Of a stretch of 64,000 nucleotides of DNA, positions 26,733-41,400 are shown one piece after another. The DNA is from Antedon mediterranea (Eukaryota > Animalia > Echinodermata). The position numbers and the translations under genes were made by a program. The notes under the pieces are model-generated. The model was not told where the DNA came from and did not search any database. It worked only from the letters and a program-made list of their open reading frames with translations. Within the stretch, counting starts at the first letter, position 1. Each line of letters opens with the position of its first letter. The stretch lies in contig NC_092673.1 of assembly GCF_964355755.1 (NCBI RefSeq), positions 26,967,648-27,031,647 of the forward strand. Reading direction: 5' to 3'.

Positions 26733-28178
26733 CTGGAAGAAAGAAATTAAGTATTAATATTGAGTTTTAAATGTTAGGTTTATAACGCATTACATAATAA
26801 GACATTATGCTACAAAATAACCCCTCTCTATTATTATAATGAATTTAACTGTTAGGTTAGGAAATTATATTTAATTATATGTATGAAATAGTATGATGTA
26901 ATGCAGAACAAACAAGAAAGAAGGGCACTCTGAGAGTGCATACCTCCATCAGAGTATAATTCCCCTACATATGATTTCCCCCGAAATTTTTTTTATTTTT
27001 GTGTCTTAGTGCAGAGTGTGATTAGGCTAATTGCATTACAACCTTGTGAATGCGAGTTAGTGTTGTAATGGTTATATATCCAGGTTTTTATACAGTTGAG
27101 ATCTCTGGTTCAATTCCTGCTGAGAAACCTTTTTTTTCATCATCTTTATTATTTTTTTTTGGTTATTATTATTATTGTTATTTTTTATTCTTAATAATAT
27201 TTTTTTTTTACTATGAACCTAATGTTACAATAAGATGCTCAGTAACAGCTCTCCGGCTTTTGAAAATTGTCTGCTATCTTTAAACACTATAGCAGGTCTG
27301 AAAATAATAATAAAATGTGGTCCAGATTTGGGATCCTGGTCCGGGTTTAAAGAAGTGATACATCTAATCTGTCACTTATGCATATAATGTAAGTCAATAT
27401 GTACCTGAGGTAGTTTTATTTATTTATTTTTTTCATATAAAGTTTTTAACTCTGCAACTTTTTATTACGGTTAATTTGTTACATTGATATTACTCATATC
27501 TAGGCTACTCAATTCATTATGTATTTTTCCCAAAAGGTCAAATTCCATTTAAAAAATCTAAAAATAGATTTAGATTTTCCCCATCATACTAAAATCAAAC
27601 AACCAATCAAATTAGACATTGCGATTGCATCATCCAATGATTAGGTAGTTTATTTACCTAAATGCATACTTATAACAACTCCCTGCTTATAGTAACAATA
27701 ACCACAGCCATAAAATTGTTATAATAATTGTAATAAAGTTATTATTTTTATATTACTTAATAATTTGCATTGTATAATAATTATGAACAAAAGTGAAAAA
27801 ACAAAGGGTCTGATTTTAACCTAATTTTCAAAACATTGCTAATATTACACATAGTACACAAAACAAACAAAAACTGTTTAAATATTCTAAAATTATTCTA
27901 AAATTAAAAATAAAATAAATAAGTAATAAATTAAATTCTTTGTTTCCACTGGACCAGTCATTCAAAATTCAACCAATAAATAAACGAAAGGTATCACAAA
28001 AAATAGCTGGAATTAATTCAACAAAATAATATAACAATAACTTTAACAAACACAAGTTTGCATAGATAATCAACATTAATTGATAAACAAGCCCATGATA
28101 ATAACATACTTAATCATTGACAGTATTTAATAGTAATTGGTAATATAAATATATACCTAAAGTGCAAAATATTGTTAC

Positions 28179-28340
28179 CTCATTTTGATCTCTGGACCTC
28201 ACTCAGTGAGACTGATCTCAATACTAAATTTCAACTAAGATGACGTCTAAGATCATGCTCAGATTGGTAGCTACACGTAGCATAAATCGCAGCAGAAGAA
28301 CAGAAGATATTGATACTATAAATAGTAGTGTTGGAAAATC
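28179..28340 (-). CDS. putative upstream exon of the NTPase gene, mostly 5' UTR, contributing ATG-AG (Met-Arg)
   Basis: Minus strand: acceptor gttgtttctattctag; exon ends ATGAG|gtaaca. Splicing to G-ATG at 26732 gives in-frame ATG AGG ATG GAA, with an in-frame TGA upstream of this ATG. Inferred from splice signals only. Confidence 0.45.
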
Positions 28341-28665
28341 CTAGAATAGAAACAACATTATATACAGTATATGCTGAACCAAACAGGTGGTGGTTTTGGC
28401 ATGGTAGATGCCCATCTTTTTGTTCCTATATTCTAGACAATTCATTTGTTGTTTTTCTTGCAGGAGGTGGAACTCTACTACTAACCCTTACTACTACTAT
28501 ACCTGTCCTCAGCGGGAGGCCTACACCCAGCGTGCATCCCCTCAGCTAACGCACTTGCAGCTTCATTTTACCTATCTCTATGATTTTGCAGATGATACAG
28601 TAGTACTAAGTAGGCCTACTACTAGCTAGCCTAAATCATCATGAGTAGATGTTCTTGATTATTAC

Positions 28666-29205
28666 CTTAAATCAAACGAAACTCTACTAAAAACACAATC
28701 ATCTGGACAAATTGACGACCAAACAAAAACAAACAAACATATGTATAATAACAAGCCGTCTCCCGTATATAAACGTTTTGATTTCAGATCTGTGTGTTAT
28801 TGTGTGTGGTGGAAAGAGTGAAGAGGGGAGTGGAGGGGGATTTCCCTTTTTTGTTGTTTCTCTCGTGACATCACATACCACGTGTCTTTTCTTGATGTTC
28901 ATACTCTAGCGCCCTCTCTCCAAACAACTACTACTCTCTGTACTGCTGTGTCTATACAATTACAAGATTCATTTTATATTTAAAACCTCTAATTATTTCT
29001 TTTAAATAATGATAAATCCTGTTGAAATATTATATATATATACGTATTTGACTTGTAGGGGTGGGGAAGAGGGGGAGGCCCAGGGGAGAGAGATAGTAGA
29101 GAGGTGAATGTGAAAGAAAGGAATAAATTAAAAGCCGGCCACGACGAATGCAACGCTTCACTGCACTTTACCACTTGCGCACATTGGAGACGGTGTTGAA
29201 CGAAG
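28666..29205. promoter_or_regulatory. putative bidirectional promoter / first-exon region between the NTPase gene (-) and COLGALT (+)
   Basis: Divergent gene starts; minus-strand donor aag|gtaata at 28666; purine-rich tracts, CACGTG E-box (~28879) and ctagcgccctct motif (~28906). Confidence 0.5.
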
Positions 29206-29411
29206 ATGTTTCGTGTTCTTTATGTGGTCTTTATTTTTCTTATTTTTCAAAGTGATATTTTAATCAAAAGTGCTGAACTGCCTGATCCAACAGAAGTACT
29301 ATGGCCAACAATATTTATACCAATACTTGTCCGTAATAAAGCACACACTTTGCCAACGTTTTTCGGGTGTTTAGAAAACCAAGACTATCCGAAGGATCGA
29401 ATTTCGATATG
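29206..29411 (+). CDS. COLGALT1: COLGALT exon 1 (signal peptide, start of first GT domain)
   Basis: MFRVLYVVFIFLIF...PILVRNKAHTLPTFFGCLENQDYPKDRISI(W); donor TG|gtaagt. Confidence 0.92.
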
Positions 29412-32400
29412 GTAAGTTTGTACTGTGTATGTAATCAAACAGGCGGCGGAGCGATGGTCTTTGCCTAGCTACTGTAGGCCCTAGCATGCATAAAAGTACG
29501 GCCTAGGCCTAGGGACATGGCGTAGTCTTTACTTAGCTCAATATGTTTATCCAGTTTGCAGTAGATTGGTTAAGGTTCTATTACTTATTAGAATTTGGCC
29601 GACTCAGTCGAACCAAAATCTTTTATTTAGACGAGTAAAGTTTTTAAAACTTTTTACTGACTTTTTAGTTAGTAGCCAAAATATTGAGTTTGAACCAAGA
29701 AGGTTTTAATATAAAAGAGTTTGATGGTGAGATGAGGTGCATAATTTAAACAAATACTTTTTAATAGCTTAGTAAAGTAAATTGTACATGAATTCATTAA
29801 AAAAAAAAATGTAAAACTATACCGTATTAATTATGTTGGCGCGGCGCTACTGTAGATACTTTTGTATGTTGAACAAACTTTTTCACTCACAATTTGGGGA
29901 GAAATTGAGAAGACAATATATTTATTTATTCTGTCTTTATACTGAATGACACTTTCAATGCTAAAAGCATTTATTTACAAAGTACTTCAGAAACAGTAGA
30001 GAAACATTAACAATATAATAAAAATAATTAAAAGACAATTAACAAGGTAATTTATTTACATTAGAACACACACATTTACAAAAAGGTAAACTATCTACAA
30101 AACATCCAGTATATAATAACATGAAAATGTGTTGAGCCATTTTTTGGTATGAAAGAACACATGAAAAAAACCATTCAGTAAAAATAAATCATTTTAGAAG
30201 GCTTGTTGATTAGTAAATGGGTGTAAAAAAAATCAACTATACTGTATTTGGTTATTAGTTGGGTCTATCAGTGGGACTTCTTTTATTTTGTGATGTGGCA
30301 ACTTTGGATCGCATTACAATAGTATGAAGGAATGACTAACAGATTCGATAGTTAACCCTGAGGTCAAGATACAGGTTTCCAACTGAGCTTAAAGTGATTT
30401 GGATGGATTTGACACCAAATCATGGCAGAAACTTTTTAGACACCTATGTTTTCTGTGTAAAAACTAAATTAAATTGTTTTATATCCAATAGATGGCCACA
30501 TCTATAGTAAATTCGGCTGTTGGAAAGTCGGTATCGAATTGGTGAGCTACAGTACTGTAAATGGTGTCTATGGTTTAAAATGACACAGAGTTAACAATTT
30601 GTGGTTAGTAGAATATAATATAGATGTCTGGACTTTTAAACTAAGCATGTACAATAAAAGGACACCTTCTTCCTAGTGTGATGACACAGCTCTGCTATCA
30701 TATCACATGTAAATAAATTAAATACTTGTGGAGAGCTAAGTTAAGCAATTAGTTAAATTAAATGCGTGTCTTTTGTCTAAAAAAGTAAATAACAATTTAC
30801 ATTTTGGTTTACAAGACTTTAAGAGAACTTGGTTAACACACGGAATGACCCAATTATGTGGTTCTGATTTTAGCCAGGTCTCTGCTTAGATTTGAAGGAA
30901 GTGATTGAGTTCCTTGTAATACTCCCACCTTGATGCTTGTTCTATTTCCCATGATCCCAGCAGAAATTGACCTTGTAGAGCAAGAGGCAATTGAATAAGA
31001 GATTTGGAAAGTGCAGTTTGAGTTTTAATGTACTCTAATCAGTAAAAACATTTGTGACTGCATTGATGTGAAAAATAAACAAGTCTCTCTCATAGCGTAG
31101 GTATTTACCAGGTACTCCGCTATTCACCAGAGTTAGTTGATAATTTTCTTCGCCCATGAAACCATGGAGGAAAAAAATTTAAACAATAATGGAATAATCA
31201 AGAAATAACAGCCAAATAACAATACATCTGGGGGAAAATGAAGAAGGCAGGATCCCAGAAAGATACAGGATCTTGAGTCTGCCTGGGAAACAAAACAACA
31301 GGACAAAGACAAGTCATGAATAGGGCCATGGGCTAAATGGATTAAACAATTTCTAAATAACAAATAACAAAAAAATAATAATACATTAACATACAATGAT
31401 AAAATTATATTATAATAAAGATTATTCTGCCCACGCACTTATGTGAATATAGTCTGCATCTTCAAAACATTTAATCACTCAAATAGTTTTAAAAAGTCAG
31501 GATTTCTTGCCATTTTAAAATTTCCAATTTAATTGGAAAACTTAATAACATTTCTGATAATTACTGATTTACAAAACAGACCCTTTTATGTCACAAATAC
31601 TGTTCATTATGAGAGTACAGTAACATGTTTTTTGGCATAGGTGACTTTTTCACACAGTACTATTAACTGAAGTGAAAGTTGCCAATAAATAAAGTCGCAC
31701 ATACTCCTGAGATTTTTGTTTTTCTTCTGACAACATAATTGTTTCGCACATTTTGGAATGAATTTCTCCTTGTCACAAATTAATTATTGTTGTTGTTGCT
31801 ATATAAAGATATGTTCCCCTTTTTTTTACATTTTTGTAGTTAAATATGCCTTATCCACTTTGACCAAAAACTGGATTGAAAATAACAAATATTTTCCTGA
31901 AAAAAATTTAATTCAAAGCAAAAAATACCTAAAAATTGTCTGTCAGACAGTGGTTTTTGGTTAAAATTAACCGTTTCTTTTGTCTGTTTACAAGTTAAAT
32001 AATTGTTTTTGTGGATTTTTTTATGCAGACTGAATTGAATTGAATAACTGCACAATTGCCTCTTTAAAGTCAGATTTTTTTTAATCTTCATTTTTCATGT
32101 TTTTTGGGGAAAATACAATTTAACAGGTGAATGAATGTTTTTTTGGTTACAACATTTGTTAAATTGTTTGACCTTGGAGGACAGGTAAAAGATTTTGACC
32201 TTTTCCTGACCATAAAACAGTTGTTCAGGATACAAAATTGAAGCAGAGAAAATAGATAACAAACAACTCAACAAGTAACAATTGTTGCATTATAATCAGG
32301 GCCGTAGCCAGCAAGAGGCAGACGAGGCACAGACGTTGCCTCGTCTAAAATTTTCATTTTTCACCACCCACCCCAATTCCCCAGCTGAGATTGTCATATT

Positions 32401-35400
32401 TTATATTAATAATAATTATATTTAAAGCATCTTTGTCTGTTTTTAATCTCTCGGCCTTGATAATATATAGCTTACAGTATTCAGAAGAAATTGTCATATT
32501 GATACTGCTTATAAAAATACTACAAATAATTTGTCATTGGCCCTGTTTCTGCTGCCAACTAAATACCGTATATTATACGGTATTTTTTGAATACCGTATT
32601 TATACGGTATATTTTTGGCAGCAGAAACTGCGCTCATAAAAAATTTACCGTATTTTGTATATCGTATTTTCCCCACAAAATTTGTGGATAAAATACGGTA
32701 TTTACAAATTTATACCGTATTTTTTGTACCCGTTTCTGCTGCCAATAAAAAATACCGTATTTTTTTTTTACATGGCAAAAGGTCAACATTCGTGTTTTTA
32801 TTTTCTGTCGCTGTCAGCTCTTTTACACACGTGTATATATATATTCGGCGAAAATGTGGAGCGAAGACGTCACAGTTTTACTAAATAAATTTGTGTGGGG
32901 AAGCTAAAATGTCTGGCCAACTAAAAGGTAATAAAAAGGGACAACCACGTTTATAAAGACATTTCTAAAAAAATAAAGCAGGAGTATGGAATAGACTTGT
33001 CTCCAAAGCAAGTAAACTCAAAGCTGAAGAGCCTGCGAAAGCAGTACAATATTGCAAAATACAATAACTCGGGGAGGGAACGAATTAATTGTCCCCATTA
33101 CGATGTTTTCTGTGCTCTCACAACATCTCTATCACTAGGGCTAGGCTGTTGAAAGTGAGACGTAAAACTTCTTTTATTGCAACTTTTAATTATCGATCAA
33201 ATAAATGAATGACAATTTGGGTAAAGAAGATAAAATTTAACACGACCACCCAAGAAGTATTGTTAGCAGAAACGGGGTACTAAAAAATACGGTATAAAAA
33301 ATACCGTATTTTATACCGTATTTTTATACCGTATTTTGAGCAGTTGCAGCAGAAACAGGCCCATTGAATTCCAGAATGTATGCTAGATGACAGCTGATAA
33401 ATCTACTACTAATAAAAAACTCTATTTGATCTTTGACCTCCTACCAGTTAAACAAATATCTAATCTCTCATTGGTCAATTGTAAAAACTCTTGGCTTTAC
33501 TTAATTAAATGTACAGTATGTAATTTCTAATAGTTTAATTGAATGTCTTTTTACATTATTTTGAGAGGCATACGTCTACATTATGAAATTGTCCATGTCA
33601 TTTTAACATGTGGTATATTGTATAATATCCATGGCTCAGTACTTATAGGATTTAATGGTAAAGAAACTATTGAACAATTTTATATATAAAATTTGAGTTG
33701 AAACAAATTTCTATATGAGGTATGCCCAAATAAGGACAGAACCCACAGGATATATATTGTACATCTGGACTTACTGTAGTGCTGTAATTGACTGTTAACA
33801 AATAGTCTAATAAAACTGTGAGAATAATATTGTGAGAAGAATAAAACTCAAACAAAATCATAACAATATTAAAATAATTTTGTAGCAGCTGGTTTGATAT
33901 GGGAATGAAAGGAAAATCCAAAAGCCTTCTTGACCTTTCCTGCTGGAGGTCACTCATGTTTTATATATCCCAAAGGATACTGTTCTTTGTATGTAAAGTA
34001 CAAATTACAAACAAAATGTAATCTTTATGAGTTATTGTTAGTTGGGTAATATTTCGTATTGTATGAATGGTGCTGGATGTATTTAATGACATGTCAAATG
34101 TCAGGAGTCACATGTCAGAATGTCAGGTGAAGAAAAAATGAAAAAAGCTTGTCAGCAGAAATAGGTGGGTTAATGGGATACCCCCCCCCCCCCCCTCCTC
34201 CCCTTCCTCCTCTTCCTCACTTAATTTTACAAGGTACCTTTTTGTTGAAACTTGAAGGTTAAGAAATAGTAAAGTGACCATTTTTTTGTTTGTCAGATTT
34301 GGAGTTGCAACCAGACAGGTGTACATGTATAGTTACTAAAGACTTTAAAGTTACTTACATTTAAGTAATTTTTAAGCAATTAAAAAAGTCTATAAACTAA
34401 ATACTTGATGTGAATGTTATTAGTCAACGTTTATGTTGTCTATACAATAAGAAGTTATAAACTTTCACTTGATATAAGTTTATTTGTCAACTTTTATGTT
34501 GTCTCACAATTAGAAGAATTTATAAAGTTTGACTTGATTTAAAGTTTTATTTGTCAACTTTTATGTTGTCTCCCAATTTAATTAATAGAAGTTATAAACT
34601 TTTACTTGATTTAAGTTTTGTCAACTTTTATGTTGTCATATGTTGTAAACTTACAAAACAAAGTGACATTTACACAGAACTTTCAATTTCATGATTTTTA
34701 ACACCTTTCATCATTCACAAATTGTAATTTAATTTTTGTTATTAAACTTTATTTAAAACTCCTACAGGAACATATTATATCACCGTTACAGTTCATTAAA
34801 TATCATAAATTGTTTTTGTATTTCAAAATAGGACCCTTGAGATTTACACACTTACCTATCAGACAAGCAATCAGACACTGGATATATGAACTTGGAATAT
34901 CACCAACAATTTTTTTTGTTTTTAAAAATATTAATAAAGCATATTTTCTTGTGGAAAGTTATTTAAAAGGAAAATTTCTGAAGTGATCTCCACAAGGAAT
35001 GGTTAATGGCTTCAGTTTTTTAATTTTCTTTCTTAGCATTTTCATTTTTCAACAATTTTTCAATTATAAGAATATCAAATATAAAATTAATGTTTTGCCT
35101 CCAATCTCTTGAGAATATGAAAAAACTAAGTTCGATCTTTCTTATCATAAAAAATAATTAAATTCTGCTTATCAATATTTAAAACATTTAAAATTTAAAG
35201 CTCTGTTTACACTATCAAACTTTTATGTGAGAACATGTGATGTGAAATGACATGATTATGTCATATCACTACCATATTTGGCCACAAAACACTATATTTT
35301 TGTCAAACTAGTATAGTTAGATAGTGTAGCTTTAAAATAAATGTCTGTTTCGCACATAGCTTACCTGGATAAACCGAAAGAAACATTAAACACCCCTATC

Positions 35401-38400
35401 AGACAATGAAACAAAAAATGTTAAATTCCAACTTCTTGAAGTTAAAATTGTGTTTTGTTAACCTTTCTACTCAATCACGTTTTGTTGTGAAACGCATGTT
35501 GTTATGAAACCAGTACACGGTTAGTGTCACTTTGCAGCATCACCAACAAATTAACAAATAGTACAGTCACACTCACAAGGACATAAACAAAAACAAACAA
35601 TAGATCATCATTTAAATTCACATGCAATGAATATATTTACCGGTGTCATAGACATTCAGAAAAAAAAAACCTTTCTATTTCTTCCATTCAAAATATGTTA
35701 CACTTCCGTTGGCGATGTTAAAAAGGAACCAGACTCTATTTTTATTTATCACGTTAAACAGGACAACGATTTTGCATTTGATAGTGGCTAAGATATTTGG
35801 CACGTAATGTTGTTTTAAAGGAACAATACAAACAAATATTTCACATTTGATTGTACTATCTTTGTTCGATTGATTCAATATTAGAAAGTGAAAATAATTC
35901 ATATCCTTCCTACAACCGGCACTCATCATTATTTGAATGGGATCATTAGAAATGTGTCTAGAATTACGGAACTAAAAATGAAAGGAGTACATTTTTGCGG
36001 TTTAAAAAAAGGTCATTCATAATAATAATGTTTCCAAATAAGGACATCGAAAGTTTTTACTTTGGTCTTTTGTCAAATTAATTTGGATTATGTAATGTAT
36101 TATTTTTTATTTAATACATTTATTCCTTTTGTCATGTCATGCATGTATTTCTATAATAAAGATGTTATCAATATTTTGACATAGTGTACATCTTAATATT
36201 AAAGTCAGATTTGTGTTCATCAATAACGTAGACCTGAGGAACTTTAAGAGGCCCTCCAACGCTGGAGGCCTTGGGCACTTTTAGCCTTTTTTGACATATT
36301 TTAATGCCTTTTTTCCTCTGGCCACTGCTCAGAGTGGCACTCATAAGCTCCGGGGTCCCTGGGTTTAACCAGTAAGCGCTCATAGCTGTTACGCCACTAG
36401 TGTTCATTGGCTTTTTTCCTCTGACCACTGCTCAGTGGCACTCATAAGCTCCGGGGTCCCTGGGTTTAGCAAGTGAGCGCTCATAGCTCTTACGCCACTA
36501 GTGTTCATTGGCTTTTTTCCTCTGGGCACTGCTCAAGGGCCCTCATAAGCTCCGGGGTCCCTGGGTTTAGCCAGTGAGCGCTCATAGCTGTTACGCCGCT
36601 AGTGTTCATTGGCTTTTTTCCTCTGGCCACTGCTCAAGGGCCCTCATAAGCTCCGTGGTCCCTGGGTTTAGCCAGTGAGCGCTCATAGCTGTTACGCCAC
36701 TAGTGTTCATTGGCTTTTTTCCTCCAGACACTGCTCAAGGGACTCATAAGCTCCAGGGCCCTTGGGTTTAGCCAGTAAGCGCTCATAGCTGTTACGCCAC
36801 TAGTGTTCATTTGTTCGTTGTTGTTTCTTCTTAGGATAAGAAGTGATCACAATGAAGATAATTCAACTGAGATGTTAAAAGAATGGGTCTCAAGAGCTCA
36901 GCATCTATACCATGTAGTAGATTATAAATACGATGACAGTGTTAGTAAGTATCAAGATGAGGCGGGACCATTTGATTGGCCGGAGGAAAGGTTCACACAT
37001 ATTATAAACCTCAGGCAGGCCGCACTTGAGGAGGCTAGGAGACAGTGGGCCCAATATATGTTTGTAAGTATGGATAATGAATGTTTATAAGTTAAATAGG
37101 CAAGTCAGGCTTTCAACAAATGAAATGATTCTCCCAATTCAACTTATATGCATTATTAAAGGACGTTGATCCTTTCATTAAAAACTCATCTATTTAAGTT
37201 ATCTTTCGACTAATTTCTCTCTGTATATTTTTGTTTTGATGTAAAGCGCATTGGGGCTTTTAGCATAATGCGCTCTATCAAGCCTGATTTATTATTATTA
37301 TTATTTGGTTTCATTTTTTCAAACTTTATTTGTAGCAGAAGAACTGAATCTTCCTATACCCATTCCCACTATAGTATTTATACACCTTACTTAATAGCTT
37401 ACTTAATTACTCAATCAGTCATGTGACATAAGTAAGTACTGATAATGACATGAAAACGTGAGAAATAAACTATGTCAATTGCCAATAGAAGGTTATTACA
37501 CTTTTGTTGTCAATATATAATAAAATATAAAATATTTTTAAAGGTTGCGTTTGGTTTGATAAAAACCTCAATTGTATTATTATAGGATCCGTGAACTTTC
37601 TATACCCAATCCTACTAATTTTACTCAATCAGTCACATTATGGTACTGTACTGGTAATATATCGTGACTAATAACTATATACTATACATTGCCAATGAAA
37701 GGTTCATTACACTTTTCTTGTCATTCTAGAATTCACCACAAACACCACTGATTACCTCATCCAATTCCACTCTCCTTTCCTATTGTACACTCAGTACCAA
37801 AATTCACATGGTTATACTGGTTAGCATAATACACTATTATAACACTTAAATAAATTCCTGTCAGTTGACTAGACAATTATGGGTTACATGGCATGCAATA
37901 GTATGCACTATTGAACAGTCGTTTAATAGTACTTTTTTTCGGGTTCGAAAAAACAAATCTTATGGCGTTTTCTTATATTTTTTTTATACTATTGCTTTAG
38001 AAATACAACAGCGCCACCTATTAAGTACTTCCGCCGCGGATATTCAGTGTGATGACTGATATCGACGGAAGAACATTTTTGGAGAGATATGTGTACTAAT
38101 TTAAACCAAAAAAAGCATGTATATTAGCTTTAAATCGTTTTTTGTGATTTTGATTATTTAATGGGAACATCTCTACAAGATGTGGAATTGTTGGGAAAAA
38201 CAGAATTAGCCTAGATGAGTTCCAGTTGCCTGTTGAAGTTTCATAATGGTATCGCTGCCTTTCTTGCCCTACACAGCCAATATTCCTCCACTTTCAGTGG
38301 CAGATCCAGGATTTTGAAAGTAGGGCCTTGAAATTAAAAAATGAACTTTTCTTATAAATGAGTCTTAATCTTTTGCATTCAACTCAAATGATGTTTAATC

Positions 38401-41400
38401 TCAATTTTAGGACTTGCACACACCTCCGCCTAATACTGCACATACTTTAATAAAAGGAGTGCTGTATTCAATGCCTACTCAAAATTTCCGTAACTTGCAC
38501 ACCCTCTACCACTGCCCTTTCCTACATATTGCAATTAACTGTATTCAACCTAATCAAATGTCTATCAGGACTCTCGTACACCAATTGCCGCTTTCCATAT
38601 CATGTGTAGCATTGGTAACGGTAATGAAGTAGTGTATTTCAACTTTAATGTTTCAATTCCAGTAGTCGCACACATCCAAACTCTTATTTCAAACATGTTA
38701 TATTATCAGTTACCAAATCCAACCACACACAGATAATCAAATTTCCTGTGCATTTATTGAAGGTGATTTCTGTAGGTTGATATTTTGTGACCTAACTTTA
38801 GATATATATAACCTTGAAACTATACTTCCTTTACTAAATAATATAGAAATTATGGAAGATTAGTACAGTGTATAATGTATAGTATCAGCAGTTGGTAAAG
38901 TATGTTTATTGCCAATACAGCAGACCGCCAAAGACTCCCGATAATTGCTGGAGATTTTGATATTTTATGATACGATACCTGATAAAGGTGCAATCTTTCA
39001 CAATTTGTTTTGGATACTACATAAAAGCATCCCTATATTACATAGATTTACCATTTGCATACCTAGTGCATTGACACACTTTGGTAACAAATGGCAAACA
39101 ATCAAATGCATTTTCAACTTTTTAACAAACTCACATTTTTCGTATTCAATTGAGACTTTTAGTTACCGTTGAGTACACTTTTTCCGTTGAATACTTATTT
39201 AACAGAGTATTTTGAGCGTTGAGATTGTTCTTACCGTTGTCAATGTTTTCTAATCAAATGAATACGACAGTTATATGCATGGCACATAGCATGCAATGCT
39301 TGGGAAGTGCCTGCCATGTTTAATATAGATGTTTTTGAGATTTTTTGTAATAGCATAATCTATGTTTTGGATGTATTTAAAAACAATTATAGCACCCTCT
39401 ATGGTTTGGCCACACTTTATTAAGTAAAATTTTCGGGAACTCTGATATATTCTTTATTTTACTAAAGAAAGATTGAGTATGTCGGAAGGGAGTCATCACT
39501 ATTGTCAGCAAACTTTTTTTTTCATTACACGTAACTAGACAATGCCTCATATGTTTTTAGTGTAGACAGAATACATTGCTTGAAAGGTAGCAATTATAAA
39601 TCCGTAGACCACACAAAATAGTTATTTTTTTATGATGAGAATTTAAGTTGAGTTTTGCAAAGAACTTTTTTTCAAGGAAATACTGTAGTGATGAATTTCA
39701 GATGTATATAATCCTATCTCTGAAATAGAATGTTAATTCTCTTTACATAATCCTATATCTATAAGCTCTGCTACTTAACTGTATTTAGTTATATTAGTAA
39801 TAATTCCCTGGAAAATTGACCCAAAAAAAAGTCATTGTTTGCTTCATACATTAGGATCTAATTTTAATCCCTTTAATAGTGGTTGTTCTACTTCAATAGA
39901 AAACCACATAATATGTGGTTTTCTATTGCAGTTCAGAACCCAATATAGTGTCTGTTAAACTCCCCTTCCCTACATTTTTTAGATCTAATTTAAGATCACA
40001 AACTATATTTAATGTAAAAAAATAATACTATATGACCCTATTGCGATAACTTTCTTCGTCATTAAACGGTTAAAAATGTGAAAAATAAGTCGATTCTAAT
40101 AATTATAGAGACCCGCTATAAATCTCAAAATGCATTGCAAGCGGATTGATATTTTTGTTTTTCTTCTGTAATTCACTCACTTTTCGATCGATTGTGAGGC
40201 CAAAACAAATGGAAGACTCCTAACTTTTCAGCGAAAATATCGGGTTTTCCCCAATTTGTATCAGCGGAGTTTGGCAAAAATATAAAGACAATTAATGCAG
40301 CAACTATACAACATCAGGCTAGGTACAGTATATAGCCAGCGTACGATGTTCGTACGTTACTGATGTTTACCAGCTAGGCCTACAAAACTAAGCCTAGCTA
40401 GGCTAGGCCTAAAGACCGTCCACGATAGGTCATTCGCCGCAAGCTACTTAGGTAGTGCATTGTTTCTCACTTTTTATCATAATTTACCATAAAACGTACA
40501 TTTATAACAAGGAATGACCTGGTTAACTGTTTTAAAAGTAATATATATGTATTATTTTTACAAAACGTCACAAATTGTAGGGAAGGGGTCTTTAAATAGA
40601 GGTTGGCTGTAATGTTAAAATATATAGTTTCCCTGTCAATTTCACAGTGTCCCAGGATTCTGCCTATACAGTATAAAGTTTGATCTTAATAAGATTGTTA
40701 ATAAATTGTGGAATGATATTAACTACAGTAGAACTTTTGGGCACCTCTATTCAGGGGACACCTATATTACAAAGACACTCGGTTGAGTCCCAAAGGTGTC
40801 CCCTTAATAGAGGCGTTCTACTGTACAATTAACAATGCTTTATTCAAGAATTCTACAAATATCTAGGTTTCCCTTATCCCACATGCATGCTTTTCTGCTG
40901 TTGAAGTTCTCTGTGGTATTTTCCCTATTTTCAAGTTGTTTCTTCCTCTAGTTATAATAGCCTTCTTCCCATCCCTAATTGGGTAATTGTTCTCTGAATA
41001 TTCAAATAGTCCCTAAAATACTGCTTAAAGGGAAAACTATCATTCTGACTACTCTTCTTAGAGAAACGAAAATGAAACTAGAATCGTGTATCATACAAGA
41101 GGCTTAATACTGACAGATAAACTAAAAAATCTATCTGCCTATCAAACAGCGAAAATCAGAAAAGTTGGTTTTTCAATTTTGTATGTTCTTATTTTTTAAT
41201 TTCAGGCAATAGATGCAGACAATTTCTTAGAAAATAAAGAAACGTTGAAGATTCTCGTTAGCGCTAAAAAGCCTATGATTGCGCCAATGCTGGAATCAAC
41301 GACTATGTACTCAAACTTCTGGGCAGGAACTACAGAACATGTAAGTATTGTTTCTGCAATGACATATGCTACAACATCCTGGTATTTAAAGAAAATCGGT

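Noticed and set aside
33667-33957. Nested antisense gene in COLGALT intron 1 (96-aa ORF)
   Set aside because: No recognisable domain or splice structure; length compatible with chance.
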